Notes: generated from the letters alone by a model not told the origin. Shown: positions 49,436 through 57,217, counted from the stretch's first letter. The stretch: DNA of 64,000 nt from Candidatus Cloacimonadales bacterium (GCA_963666875.2 CAXXPU010000003.1:7114-71113), one strand, 5' to 3'. Made by a program: numbers and translations.

Positions 49436-50275
49436 ATGGAATTCGTTACCATTCGCAAGTTTCAGAACGACATCGAAGCCACGCTGGCGATGAATCTGCT
49501 CAAGGACAGCGGCATCGAAGCGATACTCACCGATGAACATATCATCGGCATCTACCCCTCTCTCAGCGCGATGGGCATGGGCATCAGCCTCAAAATCCCG
49601 CCCGATCGTGAAGAAGAAGCGCTTGCTATCCTGGAGCGGTTCGAGGAGTGCAAGGATCAGGAATGCGACGACGAGGAGACTGAGGGTTTCGCCACGCTTT
49701 TGAACGAAGATTCGATCACCGGGCTGCTGCAAGAAAGCGGCGCGCTCCTTACCGGGCATTTCAAGCTCACCTCCGGCCGCCACAGCGACCGCTACATCGA
49801 GAAGATCCGCTTGATCCACCACCCGGATAAAGTCGCCGTACTCTGTCGCGAGATGGCGATGCGCCTGCGCAAGTACGATCCCGATATCGTGGTGGGTCCT
49901 GCCATGGGCGGTATCGTGCTGGCGTACGAGGTGGCGAAGGTACTCGGCAAGCGGTTCGTATTCGCGCAGCGCAAGGACGGCGAGATGACCGTGCGCAGCG
50001 GCTTCCCGCTGAAGAGAAGAGAAAAAGCAATCGTGATCGAGGATATCTCCACCACCGGCGGCAGCATCGTCGAGGTGATCGACGCGCTGAAGAAACGCGA
50101 CATCGACGTGGTCGCGGTGGGACTGCTGGTCGATCGCTCCTGCGGAAGGCTCCGGCTCGACATGCCGCTGGAATCGCTCCTGCAACTCGACATCCCCTCC
50201 TGGGAACCGGACGAGTGTCCGCTCTGCGCCGAAGGGAAGCCGATCGACACCCCCGGATCGAGCGACAAGAAATGA
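49436..50275 (+). CDS. pyrE: DUF2007-like domain fused to orotate phosphoribosyltransferase
   Basis: aa 1-70 (MEFVTIRKFQNDIEATLAMNLLKDSGIEAILTDEH...EEALAILERFEE) resemble DUF2007. aa ~100-279 (GALLTGHFKLTSGRHSDRYIEK...VVGPAMGGIVLAYEVA...AIVIEDISTTGGS) are PyrE with its PRPP-binding loop. Confidence 0.85.
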   Translation: MEFVTIRKFQNDIEATLAMNLLKDSGIEAILTDEHIIGIYPSLSAMGMGISLKIPPDREEEALAILERFEECKDQECDDEETEGFATLLNEDSITGLLQESGALLTGHFKLTSGRHSDRYIEKIRLIHHPDKVAVLCREMAMRLRKYDPDIVVGPAMGGIVLAYEVAKVLGKRFVFAQRKDGEMTVRSGFPLKRREKAIVIEDISTTGGSIVEVIDALKKRDIDVVAVGLLVDRSCGRLRLDMPLESLLQLDIPSWEPDECPLCAEGKPIDTPGSSDKK

Positions 50276-51954
50276 TCCGGCTTGCCATCACAACCGGAGA
50301 TCCTGCCGGCATCGGTCCCGAGATCGCGGTCAAAGCCCTGCAATTTTATCCCCTACGGGACGAGATATGCTATATCGTTTACGGTACGCTGCCGGAGTAC
50401 AAGGACGGCAATCGACCGGTTCGCATCGACGATCCCAACGAAGCCGAAACACCGGGCGTCCTTTATCACCTGCCGATCGAAGATCAGGAAGAATCGGGCG
50501 CGACAGCGCTGCAAATCCTGAAAAAATGCCGCGAAGGTTTGAAAAGCGACACGCTGCACGGCGTAGTCACCTGCCCGGTCTCGAAACACGAGATACGGAA
50601 AATCGATCCCGAGTTTATCGGACACACCGAGTTTTTCGCCGATAATCCCGACGATGTGGTGATGTCCTTCTGGGGCGATCGATTCAACATCGCGCTCCTG
50701 ACCACCCACATCCCCGTGTGCGAGATCGCGAGCCATCTGAATCCTGATATCGTGACAAAGAAGCTGCGTATCATCCACCGGCACACGAGTCGCATGATCG
50801 AAAATCCACGACTCGCGATCCTGGGAATCAATCCGCACGCCGGAGAATCGGGCGCGTTCGGTACGGAAGAAGGCATTCTCGAGCTATCGATCGAACAACT
50901 GAAGAATGAAGGCATTGTCATCGACGGGCCCTTCCCGGCGGACACATTCTTCGCTACAAAGGCTTCCGACTACGACATGATCATATCCGCATACCACGAT
51001 CAGGCGCTGATCCCCTTCAAGATGATCCATCCCAATCGCGGCGTGAACATGACGCTCGGCCTGCCCTTCGTACGGACATCCGTCGATCACGGCACCGCGT
51101 TCGATATCGCGGGAAAAGGCATCGCGGAGGAGGGAAGCCTCGAATCCGCCATCCGTCTGGCGGAGCGTACGTTACTGGGCAAGGACACTCGGTTCGAGCC
51201 GATCTACGACGCCTTCGCACCCTACTACGACCGATATATGGCGCACGTAAAATACGATGAGTGGGTCAACCTGATCCTCTTCCAATACAACAAACTGCGC
51301 AAACGTTCGCCCAAGAAGGTGTTGGAGATGGCGTGCGGAACCGCGAATATCGCCTGCCGGTTGGTGAGGAAGGGCTTTACGGTCGATGCCTGCGACCTTG
51401 CGGTATCCATGGTCAAGGCGGCATCGCGAAAGCGCTTCAAGCCGAACCTCTTCCGGCACGACATGATCGAGCCGCTCAATCGCACCGGCTACGATCTCGC
51501 GGTGATGATGTTCGACAGCCTCAACTACCTGAAATCGTCCTCGCAGATCGCGACCACCCTGAACCACATCCACGACGCGCTCCTGCCCGAGGGCGTCCTG
51601 ATTTTCGACGTCACCACCGTGCGCAACTGCCGCGATAACTTCGACGGCTTCGTCAACATCGAGGACGACGGCAAATGCTACCTGGTGCATACCAGCGAGT
51701 TGAGCGAGAATGAAGACAGACAGACCACGCGGCTGACGTTCTTCCACAATCGGAAGCTCTTCTACCGACGCGACGACGAGGTGCATGTACAGCACGTCTT
51801 CCCCACCGCGGTAGTCCTCGACGAGATCGCGAAGACGCCGTTCAACCTGCTCGGAATCTATTCCATCGACAACCCGGGCAACCTCCTGCGTTCGAAACCC
51901 GACAAGCTGGACGAATCCTACGACCGGCTGTTCTTCGTGTTGGAGAAATTGTGA
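50272..51954 (+). CDS. pdxA: PdxA-family dehydrogenase fused to a class I SAM-dependent methyltransferase
   Basis: I place the start at ATG 50272, an ATGA overlap with pyrE. The N-terminal ~330 aa have ITTGDPAGIGPEI, GHTEFF, INPHAGESG, SAYHDQALIPFK and RTSVDHGTAFDIAG. The C-terminal ~230 aa have VLEMACGTANIA (motif I), DLAVSM and MFDSLNYL. Confidence 0.85.
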   Translation: MIRLAITTGDPAGIGPEIAVKALQFYPLRDEICYIVYGTLPEYKDGNRPVRIDDPNEAETPGVLYHLPIEDQEESGATALQILKKCREGLKSDTLHGVVTCPVSKHEIRKIDPEFIGHTEFFADNPDDVVMSFWGDRFNIALLTTHIPVCEIASHLNPDIVTKKLRIIHRHTSRMIENPRLAILGINPHAGESGAFGTEEGILELSIEQLKNEGIVIDGPFPADTFFATKASDYDMIISAYHDQALIPFKMIHPNRGVNMTLGLPFVRTSVDHGTAFDIAGKGIAEEGSLESAIRLAERTLLGKDTRFEPIYDAFAPYYDRYMAHVKYDEWVNLILFQYNKLRKRSPKKVLEMACGTANIACRLVRKGFTVDACDLAVSMVKAASRKRFKPNLFRHDMIEPLNRTGYDLAVMMFDSLNYLKSSSQIATTLNHIHDALLPEGVLIFDVTTVRNCRDNFDGFVNIEDDGKCYLVHTSELSENEDRQTTRLTFFHNRKLFYRRDDEVHVQHVFPTAVVLDEIAKTPFNLLGIYSIDNPGNLLRSKPDKLDESYDRLFFVLEKL

Positions 51955-52562
51955 TCCGCTATCTCGCCGAGTGGGATGAATATCCCGAATACACCCACAT
52001 CGCCGGTATCGACGAGGCGGGACGCGGTCCGCTGGCGGGCCCGGTAGTCGTTGCGGCCGTGATCCTCGATCCAGGGAATGAGATCAAGGGTCTGAACGAT
52101 TCCAAGAAGCTATCGGAAAAGAAGCGCGAAGCCCTGTTCGACGAGATTCAGCACAAAGCGCTCGCGTTTCGGATCGTCGAAATCTCGCCCGAAACTATCG
52201 ACCAGATGAACATCCTCGGCGCTACCATGCACGGCATGACGCTCGCAGCCACGGGTCTCGATCTCGAACCGGAGTTTTGCCTGATCGACGGCAACCGCAT
52301 CCCGAAGGGCTTTCCTTTCGATGCCGATTTCGCCATCAAGGGTGACGGCCGGTACGCCTCCATCGCAGCGGCGTCCATCCTTGCCAAGGTCACGCGCGAC
52401 CGCATCATGATCGAGTTTCACCACAAATACCCGCAATATCGCTTCGACACCAACAAAGGCTACCCGACAAAAGAACACCTCGACGCCATCGAAAAGCATG
52501 GCATCTGCCCCATCCACCGAAGATCCTACGCACCGGTGAGTCAGATGCGGATAGGGTTTTAA
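51951..52562 (+). CDS. rnhB: ribonuclease HII
   Basis: IAGIDEAGRGPLAGPVV..DSKKLSEKKRE...KGDGRYASIAAASILAKVTRD; ATGA-type overlap with the upstream gene. Confidence 0.95.
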   Translation: MIRYLAEWDEYPEYTHIAGIDEAGRGPLAGPVVVAAVILDPGNEIKGLNDSKKLSEKKREALFDEIQHKALAFRIVEISPETIDQMNILGATMHGMTLAATGLDLEPEFCLIDGNRIPKGFPFDADFAIKGDGRYASIAAASILAKVTRDRIMIEFHHKYPQYRFDTNKGYPTKEHLDAIEKHGICPIHRRSYAPVSQMRIGF

Positions 52563-52601
52563 CCCTCACCCCAACCCTCTCCCACTCCGTGGGCGAGGGA
52601 G
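52563..52601. repeat. left arm of an imperfect 39-nt inverted repeat bounding the repeat island
   Basis: ccctcaccccaaccctctcccactccgtgggcgagggag matches the reverse complement of 53093-53131 at 33 of 39 positions. All mismatches are transitions. Confidence 0.8.
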
Positions 52602-52623
52602 TAGAAAAAAAGATGCGGACGGG

Positions 52624-52778
52624 GACATCCGCTTTCCCAAGTTCCGCAGGAACGACAGATTTTAGCCCACATGGGGGATTCGATTTTGCAAGCAAAATCA
52701 CAGGCGTAAGCCGTGGGTAAACCGCGAACCCTCCACCCGGCAGATTTGTTCGTTTCGCGCGGCTGCCGTAATGTTCCG
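52624..52778. repeat. long form of the composite intergenic repeat (modules: TTCCGCAGGAACG..TTAGCCC, hairpin with nested palindrome, CAGATTTGTTCG)
   Basis: Direct repeat of 52863-52997. The first ~45 nt are near-identical and the last 57 nt (ccgcgaaccctccacccggcagatttgttcgtttcgcgcggctgccgtaatgttccg) are identical. This copy carries an extra ~30-nt palindromic insert in its hairpin loop. Confidence 0.85.
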
Positions 52779-52806
52779 GGACGATGCCCTGCATGCTATA
52801 ATGCCA

Positions 52807-52843
52807 ACATTCTGAAGACCTCGCTAGCTCGGACATTCAGAAG
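52807..52843. repeat. third copy of the doubled ACATTCNGAAG element
   Basis: acattctgaag at 52807 and acattcagaag at 52833. It has the same architecture as 17868-17916 and 18022-18072. Confidence 0.7.
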
Positions 52844-52862
52844 TTTGTTTTTTGCTGACGAG

Positions 52863-52997
52863 GACATCCGCTTTCCCAAGTTCCGTAGGAACGGCATATT
52901 TTTAGCCCATGGTGTGAACCATGGGTTTAGATGCACCAACCGCGAACCCTCCACCCGGCAGATTTGTTCGTTTCGCGCGGCTGCCGTAATGTTCCGC
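52863..52997. repeat. short form of the composite intergenic repeat
   Basis: See 52624-52778. The hairpin here is simply CCCATGG-TGTGAA-CCATGGG. Confidence 0.85.
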
Positions 52998-53092
52998 GAC
53001 TTTATTTCCATGTCCGATAGTCAGGAAGTCGCGGTATATTTACGGCAACCGCGGGATCGGACGAAGATGCGGGTGGATGCCCATACTCCCTG

Positions 53093-53131
53093 CTCCCTTG
53101 CCCATGAAATGGGAGAGGGCTGGGGCGAGGG
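53093..53131. repeat. right arm of the 39-nt inverted repeat
   Basis: ctcccttgcccatgaaatgggagagggctggggcgaggg. Confidence 0.8.
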
Positions 53132-53163
53132 TCCCTTTCTCCACCCTGGAAATCCTGCTTCAA

Positions 53164-53195
53164 ATAAAAAAAGGCGAGCCCAATCGACCCGCCTT
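53164..53195 (-). terminator. rho-independent terminator after iorB
   Basis: The minus strand reads AAGGCG-loop-CGCCTT followed by T7/8, about 25 nt downstream of the iorB stop. Confidence 0.65.
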
Positions 53196-53218
53196 ATATA
53201 TTGTATAGCGTTTGTTGA

Positions 53219-53794
53219 TTATTGACTGACCGCGTCTTTACCGGCTCTCAGCGCTTTGATGTTGAGATCGACGACCTCGTCACCCTTGCGACCGAATATA
53301 TAGCGGATACCGTCTTCGAGTTTCTCGATCGGGATCTCGAGGTAGTCGGCGGCGGCGCCCAGCATCACGATATTGGATGCACGCGCGTTGCCGAGTTCCT
53401 TCGCGATGGCTTCCGCGTCGATCAGCTTGAAATGCTTCTGCTTTTTAACTTCCTGGTGAACCGCATCGACATCCGGGTAGTTCGGGATGTTCTTGAATGC
53501 GTTCGAGCTGGTGATAAGCCATCCGCCTTCGCAGAGATACGGCACGTAGCGAAGCGCTTCGAGCGGCTCGACAGAGAGGATCATGTCGGCGCTGCCAAGA
53601 GCGATCAGATCGGAATAGATCGGCTTGCTGGAGATGCGCAGGTGCGACTGCACGTCACCGCCGCGCTGGCTCATGCCGTGAACTTCCGCCTGCTTCAGAT
53701 ACAGTCCGTTCTCGACTGCCGCGTAACCGATGATCGCGGCGATGGAGAGGATGCCCTGTCCACCGACTCCGGCGAGGATAATATCTTTCTTCAT
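53219..53794 (-). CDS. iorB: indolepyruvate:ferredoxin oxidoreductase subunit beta
   Basis: MKKDIILAGVGGQGILSIAAIIG...EVHGMSQRGGDVQSHLRI... Confidence 0.9.
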   Translation of the reverse strand: MKKDIILAGVGGQGILSIAAIIGYAAVENGLYLKQAEVHGMSQRGGDVQSHLRISSKPIYSDLIALGSADMILSVEPLEALRYVPYLCEGGWLITSSNAFKNIPNYPDVDAVHQEVKKQKHFKLIDAEAIAKELGNARASNIVMLGAAADYLEIPIEKLEDGIRYIFGRKGDEVVDLNIKALRAGKDAVSQ

Positions 53795-55392
53795 TATTTG
53801 CCTCCCGAGCGTTTCTTCTTGCTATAGACATGGATACACGGTCTGCGCGGGATGATCACCGACACGCCTTCGTAGGCGATCTCTTCTTCAATGATCTTCA
53901 CGTTCTCGTCGTGCATGCGGCTCAGCGGATTGATCACGCGGATATGTTCCTTCTCGACGCCGATTCCCTCGCATATCTTCTCGAGCCTGCCGGTTACGGA
54001 CGAATCCTGCATACCGGTCATCGCGGTGGTGTCGTTGTCGAGGATGACAACCACGACATTCGCCTGCTTATAGACCGCGTCCAGCAGACCGGTGATCCCC
54101 GAATGACCGAAAGTCGAGTCGCCGATCACGGCGATGGCGGGGAAAAGACCGGCATCGGCGGCACCGATCGCCATGGTGATCGATGCGCCCATATCGACGC
54201 AGGAGTTGATCGACTGATAAGGCGGCATGAAGCCGAGCGTGTAGCAGCCGATATCGGAGAAGATGTGTCCCTGACCGTACTTCTCGACGACCGCTGCTTT
54301 CAGCGCTTTGTAGCTGTCGGCGTGCGGGCATCCGACGCACAGCGCCGGCGGACGTCCGACCATCAGTTCGGGCATCGGCTGAGATGCAAGCGCCGGCATT
54401 CCCAGCGCATTGCGGACCGTCGCGGGATTGAGTTCGCCGTCCCACGACAGGGTGCCGTCCATGCGTCCTTTGATCTTCAGACCGTTATTCAGGAAGCCGC
54501 GAAGCTGTTCTTCCACCAGCGGCATTCCCTCTTCGACCATGAGTATCTCATCGCATTCTGCGGCGATCCGCTCGATCATCTTCTTTGGAAGCGGATATTG
54601 CCCGATCTTCACGACGGGATACGGGCAGCCATCGGGATAGTTTTCCATCAGGTAGTTGTAGCCAAGTCCGCAGGCGATAATGCCCAGCGACTTGTCCTTG
54701 CCGTCGAAATAGTGGTTGAACGGCGATTCCTCGGATGCCTTGACCATCTCGTCCTGCATCTCGAGGTGATGTTTGTATTTCTTACGTGCAAACGCCGGAA
54801 GCAGCATGAACTGGTTCGGATCGGTCGGCTTGCTCATCGGATTTTCCGCAACCTCTTCGTGACGATCGACACCCGCTCTCGAATGGGCAAGACGGGTCGT
54901 GACCCGGAACATCACCGGAAGATGGAATCTTTCGGAAAGCTCGAAGCCGTGCTTCGCCATATCGTAGGCTTCCTGCTGATTCGACGGCTCCAACGCCGGA
55001 ATCATGGCGAACTTCGCGAAGAAACGCGAGTCCTGTTCATTCTGCGACGAGTGCATGGACGGATCGTCCGCCACCGCGACGATCAGACCGCCGCTGGCGC
55101 CTGTCAGCGCCGAATTCATGAATGGATCGGCAGCGACATTGAGTCCCACGTGTTTCATGGTGACGATCGCGCGCTTTCCGGCATACGACATACCGATCGC
55201 GGCTTCCATCGCCGTTTTTTCGTTTGCGTGCCAAAGACGTTTGACATCTCGCTCTTTCGCTTGCGGTGAAACCTGGATATACTCACCGATCTCGGTGGAA
55301 GGTGTTCCCGGATATCCGTAAAATCCGGAGAGACCTGCATCCAGCGCTCCCTGCGCGAAAGCTTCGTCGCCCAACAACATCATTTTCTGCAT
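53794..55392 (-). CDS. iorA: indolepyruvate:ferredoxin oxidoreductase subunit alpha (TPP-binding); no ferredoxin-type Cys motifs
   Basis: I place the start at ATG 55392 (MQKMMLLGDEAFAQGALDAGLSGFYGYPGTPSTEI) with an AAGGAG RBS. PPALCVGCPH and GDSTFGHSG are present. The stop overlaps the iorB start by 1 nt. Confidence 0.88.
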   Translation of the reverse strand: MQKMMLLGDEAFAQGALDAGLSGFYGYPGTPSTEIGEYIQVSPQAKERDVKRLWHANEKTAMEAAIGMSYAGKRAIVTMKHVGLNVAADPFMNSALTGASGGLIVAVADDPSMHSSQNEQDSRFFAKFAMIPALEPSNQQEAYDMAKHGFELSERFHLPVMFRVTTRLAHSRAGVDRHEEVAENPMSKPTDPNQFMLLPAFARKKYKHHLEMQDEMVKASEESPFNHYFDGKDKSLGIIACGLGYNYLMENYPDGCPYPVVKIGQYPLPKKMIERIAAECDEILMVEEGMPLVEEQLRGFLNNGLKIKGRMDGTLSWDGELNPATVRNALGMPALASQPMPELMVGRPPALCVGCPHADSYKALKAAVVEKYGQGHIFSDIGCYTLGFMPPYQSINSCVDMGASITMAIGAADAGLFPAIAVIGDSTFGHSGITGLLDAVYKQANVVVVILDNDTTAMTGMQDSSVTGRLEKICEGIGVEKEHIRVINPLSRMHDENVKIIEEEIAYEGVSVIIPRRPCIHVYSKKKRSGGK

Positions 55393-55500
55393 TGGCAACT
55401 CCTTTGGTGTTTTTATATGTAAGTGTTCTATATTACCTGAAAGACAGGCTGTAACACTCTCGGTTTTCGAGAGATACACCCCGGATTTTGAATGTGTGCA

Positions 55501-55528
55501 ATGATATTGGAACCCGAATATCTGTCAA
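55501..55528 (-). promoter_or_regulatory. candidate sigma70-type promoter for iorAB, TTGACA-N16-TATCAT
   Basis: The minus strand has TTGACA (55523-55528) and TATCAT (55501-55506), about 100 nt upstream of the iorA start. Confidence 0.4.
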
Positions 55529-55544
55529 CCGTTTACGCGTTTTT

Positions 55545-56633
55545 CTAACCTGTTGATCGACTCGTTCGAAGAATCCGAACCGCCTTCCGAATCCCGAATC
55601 GCGTTATAGCGCGCAACATCGGGATTTCCGCAATGAACCTCGCGAGCCACGGGCCGACGCGATAATATCCGCAAATAAATAAGCGACCGACCGAGGATCG
55701 AACCATGACATGATCCCGGAAGTGGCGCAGAATGTCCAGATCGGGATGGTCGATGTCATCGTATGCGACCGTCGCGATAAAGCAATCCTTGAGCAGCTTC
55801 GGTATGCGCGATTCGAATATGTTGCGCGACGGGATCTTGCCTTCGTTGTTCTTGATGTCGGGATTCGCGCCGTTCTCCTGAAGCAGTTTGACAATCGGCT
55901 TGCGGTTGAGGTAGTATGCGAGATGCAGAGCTGTCTCGCCTCTGCTATCCTGGATATTGGGATCGGCGCTATTGGAGAGCAGGAACTTGACCATCGCCTG
56001 TTGATCGCCGAACACGGCATCCTGCAGCGGAGTTCGTCCGGAACTCGTTCGGGCATTGATATCCGCGCCCTTTTCCAGCAGCTTCTTCGCCAGACTGATA
56101 TCGCCGAAACGCGCCGCCATGTGGATCGGCGTGACGCCTTCGTTGTTCGGGATGGTCACTTCAGCGCCTTTCCTGATCAGCACTTCCGCGATATCCTTCA
56201 TGTCGTGCTTAAGGGCCAGGTGCAGCGCAGTCTCGTTCTGTTCGTTCACGCCATTCAGGTTGATCCCGGATTCGATTATTTCTTGCGCGATGCGGGTCAA
56301 TCCGGTATCGACTGCCAGCAGCAGCGCGGTCGAATCGTCCGGATTCATGCTGTTCTGCCTGTCGGATATCTGCGACCAGAGGTAGGTTGTCGTACTGTCC
56401 AGGTGGTTGACCAGCGCTAACCGGAACAGCTTCCGAATGATTCTGTCGTCAGGATGGTACTTCGCGAAAAGACGTTTCGCGATTGTATCCGCCATGTCTT
56501 TACGGCGCAGATCGATCGCCTGCTCCATGGTTTCGACCCATGGTATATCCTGTCCAGTATCGAGAATCTGGCAAAGCGTGTGCATGTCGCCGGTGCGGAT
56601 CGCTTCTTTCAGACGATCGTTCATGAAGTACAA
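55545..56633 (-). CDS. ankyrin-repeat protein with a C-terminal CFIAT...LRHFRD module
   Basis: At least four ankyrin repeats (NEQNETALHLALKHDMKDIAEVLIRKGAEV; NEGVTPIHMAARFGDISLAKKLLEKGADINA; SGRTPLQDAVF..; RGETALHLAYYLNRKPIVKLLQENGANPD). The last ~75 aa are CFIATVAYDDIDHPDLDILRHFRDHVM...GYYRVGPWLARFI. Confidence 0.85.
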   Translation of the reverse strand: MYFMNDRLKEAIRTGDMHTLCQILDTGQDIPWVETMEQAIDLRRKDMADTIAKRLFAKYHPDDRIIRKLFRLALVNHLDSTTTYLWSQISDRQNSMNPDDSTALLLAVDTGLTRIAQEIIESGINLNGVNEQNETALHLALKHDMKDIAEVLIRKGAEVTIPNNEGVTPIHMAARFGDISLAKKLLEKGADINARTSSGRTPLQDAVFGDQQAMVKFLLSNSADPNIQDSRGETALHLAYYLNRKPIVKLLQENGANPDIKNNEGKIPSRNIFESRIPKLLKDCFIATVAYDDIDHPDLDILRHFRDHVMVRSSVGRLFICGYYRVGPWLARFIAEIPMLRAITRFGIRKAVRILRTSRSTG

Positions 56634-56762
56634 CCTCCGTTGATCAATCTACCGTCATGGTCGGCATTTATATAAATGTGCAAATCCGATGTGCGTGTTT
56701 GCAAAAACTGAATTGCGTATAATATTCTGTCAAATGAAAATCGATCAAGCATCATGCGGGGA

Positions 56763-56818
56763 ACAGAATACAGAATGCAGGAGTCAGGAGACAGGAGTCA
56801 GAATGGAGATGAGGGAGG
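56763..56818. repeat. purine-rich tract with 7-nt periodicity
   Basis: The tract reads acagaat acagaat gcaggag tcaggag acaggag tcagaat ggagatg agggagg: eight imperfect heptads. Confidence 0.7.
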
Positions 56819-56910
56819 CGGTTGCTCCCCACTGGAACGCAGGCATCCCTGCCTGCATCTCTAAGAGCAACAGTATAAAGAAGTTAGAAGACAATATGGG
56901 ACGCCCGTAT

Positions 56911-57075
56911 TCCCGAGTTCCGCAGGAACGACAGATTTTAGCCCGTGGCGTAAGCCATGGGTTTAACGCACTTCGAATCCGAACACTCCAGCCAGCAGAT
57001 TTGTTCGCCCACACCTATTGGCGTGTTCATTCACGACGAAGGCGTGGTGTTACACGTCGATAGGTGTGGGCGGGC
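56911..57075. repeat. copy of the composite intergenic repeat, ending in a 13-bp perfect inverted repeat
   Basis: tcccgagttccgcaggaacgacagattttagcccgtggcgtaagccatgggtt...cagatttgttcg. CGCCCACACCTAT (57006-57018) pairs with ATAGGTGTGGGCG (57060-57072). Confidence 0.8.
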
Positions 57076-57156
57076 AAAGATGCGGATGGATGACCAACTG
57101 AAACCGACCACCTCTCCATCCTGCTAATCGTGCTAATCCTGTAAATCGTGATTCAG

Positions 57157-57191
57157 AAAAAAACTCCCGCCGATCGCAAAACCAGCGGGAG
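57157..57191 (-). terminator. rho-independent terminator after the oxidoreductase gamma subunit
   Basis: The minus strand reads CTCCCGC-N14-GCGGGAG followed by T7, 27 nt after the stop. Confidence 0.8.
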
Positions 57192-57217
57192 TATACTATA
57201 TCGATAGGAATAGACTA

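Noticed and set aside
52624-52997. Possible CRISPR array, given the direct repeats in a non-coding region.
   Set aside because: There are only two repeat units, each 135-155 nt long and of composite structure. They do not show 25-40-nt repeat and spacer periodicity, and no cas genes are present in the window.
52405-53225. ORFs inside the rnhB-iorB spacer (52405..52836 minus strand, 52713..53225 plus strand, 52796..53011 minus strand). Analogous ORFs lie at 56689..57063, 56784..57014, 63537..63942 and 28863..29081.
   Set aside because: They are translations of the dispersed repeat modules; the same peptides, such as NPWLTPxAK and CGLKSVVPAELGK, recur wherever the repeat occurs. They have no RBS or signal features and overlap each other on both strands.
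56955-56975. A tRNA-like TTCGAATCC T-loop motif (cacttcgaatccgaaca). Similar GATTCGA strings lie at 30575 and 52677.
   Set aside because: The flanking bases cannot form the 5-bp T-stem, and there is no acceptor or anticodon arm context. They are parts of the repeat modules. I found no tRNA, rRNA, tmRNA, SRP or RNase P signatures in any spacer.
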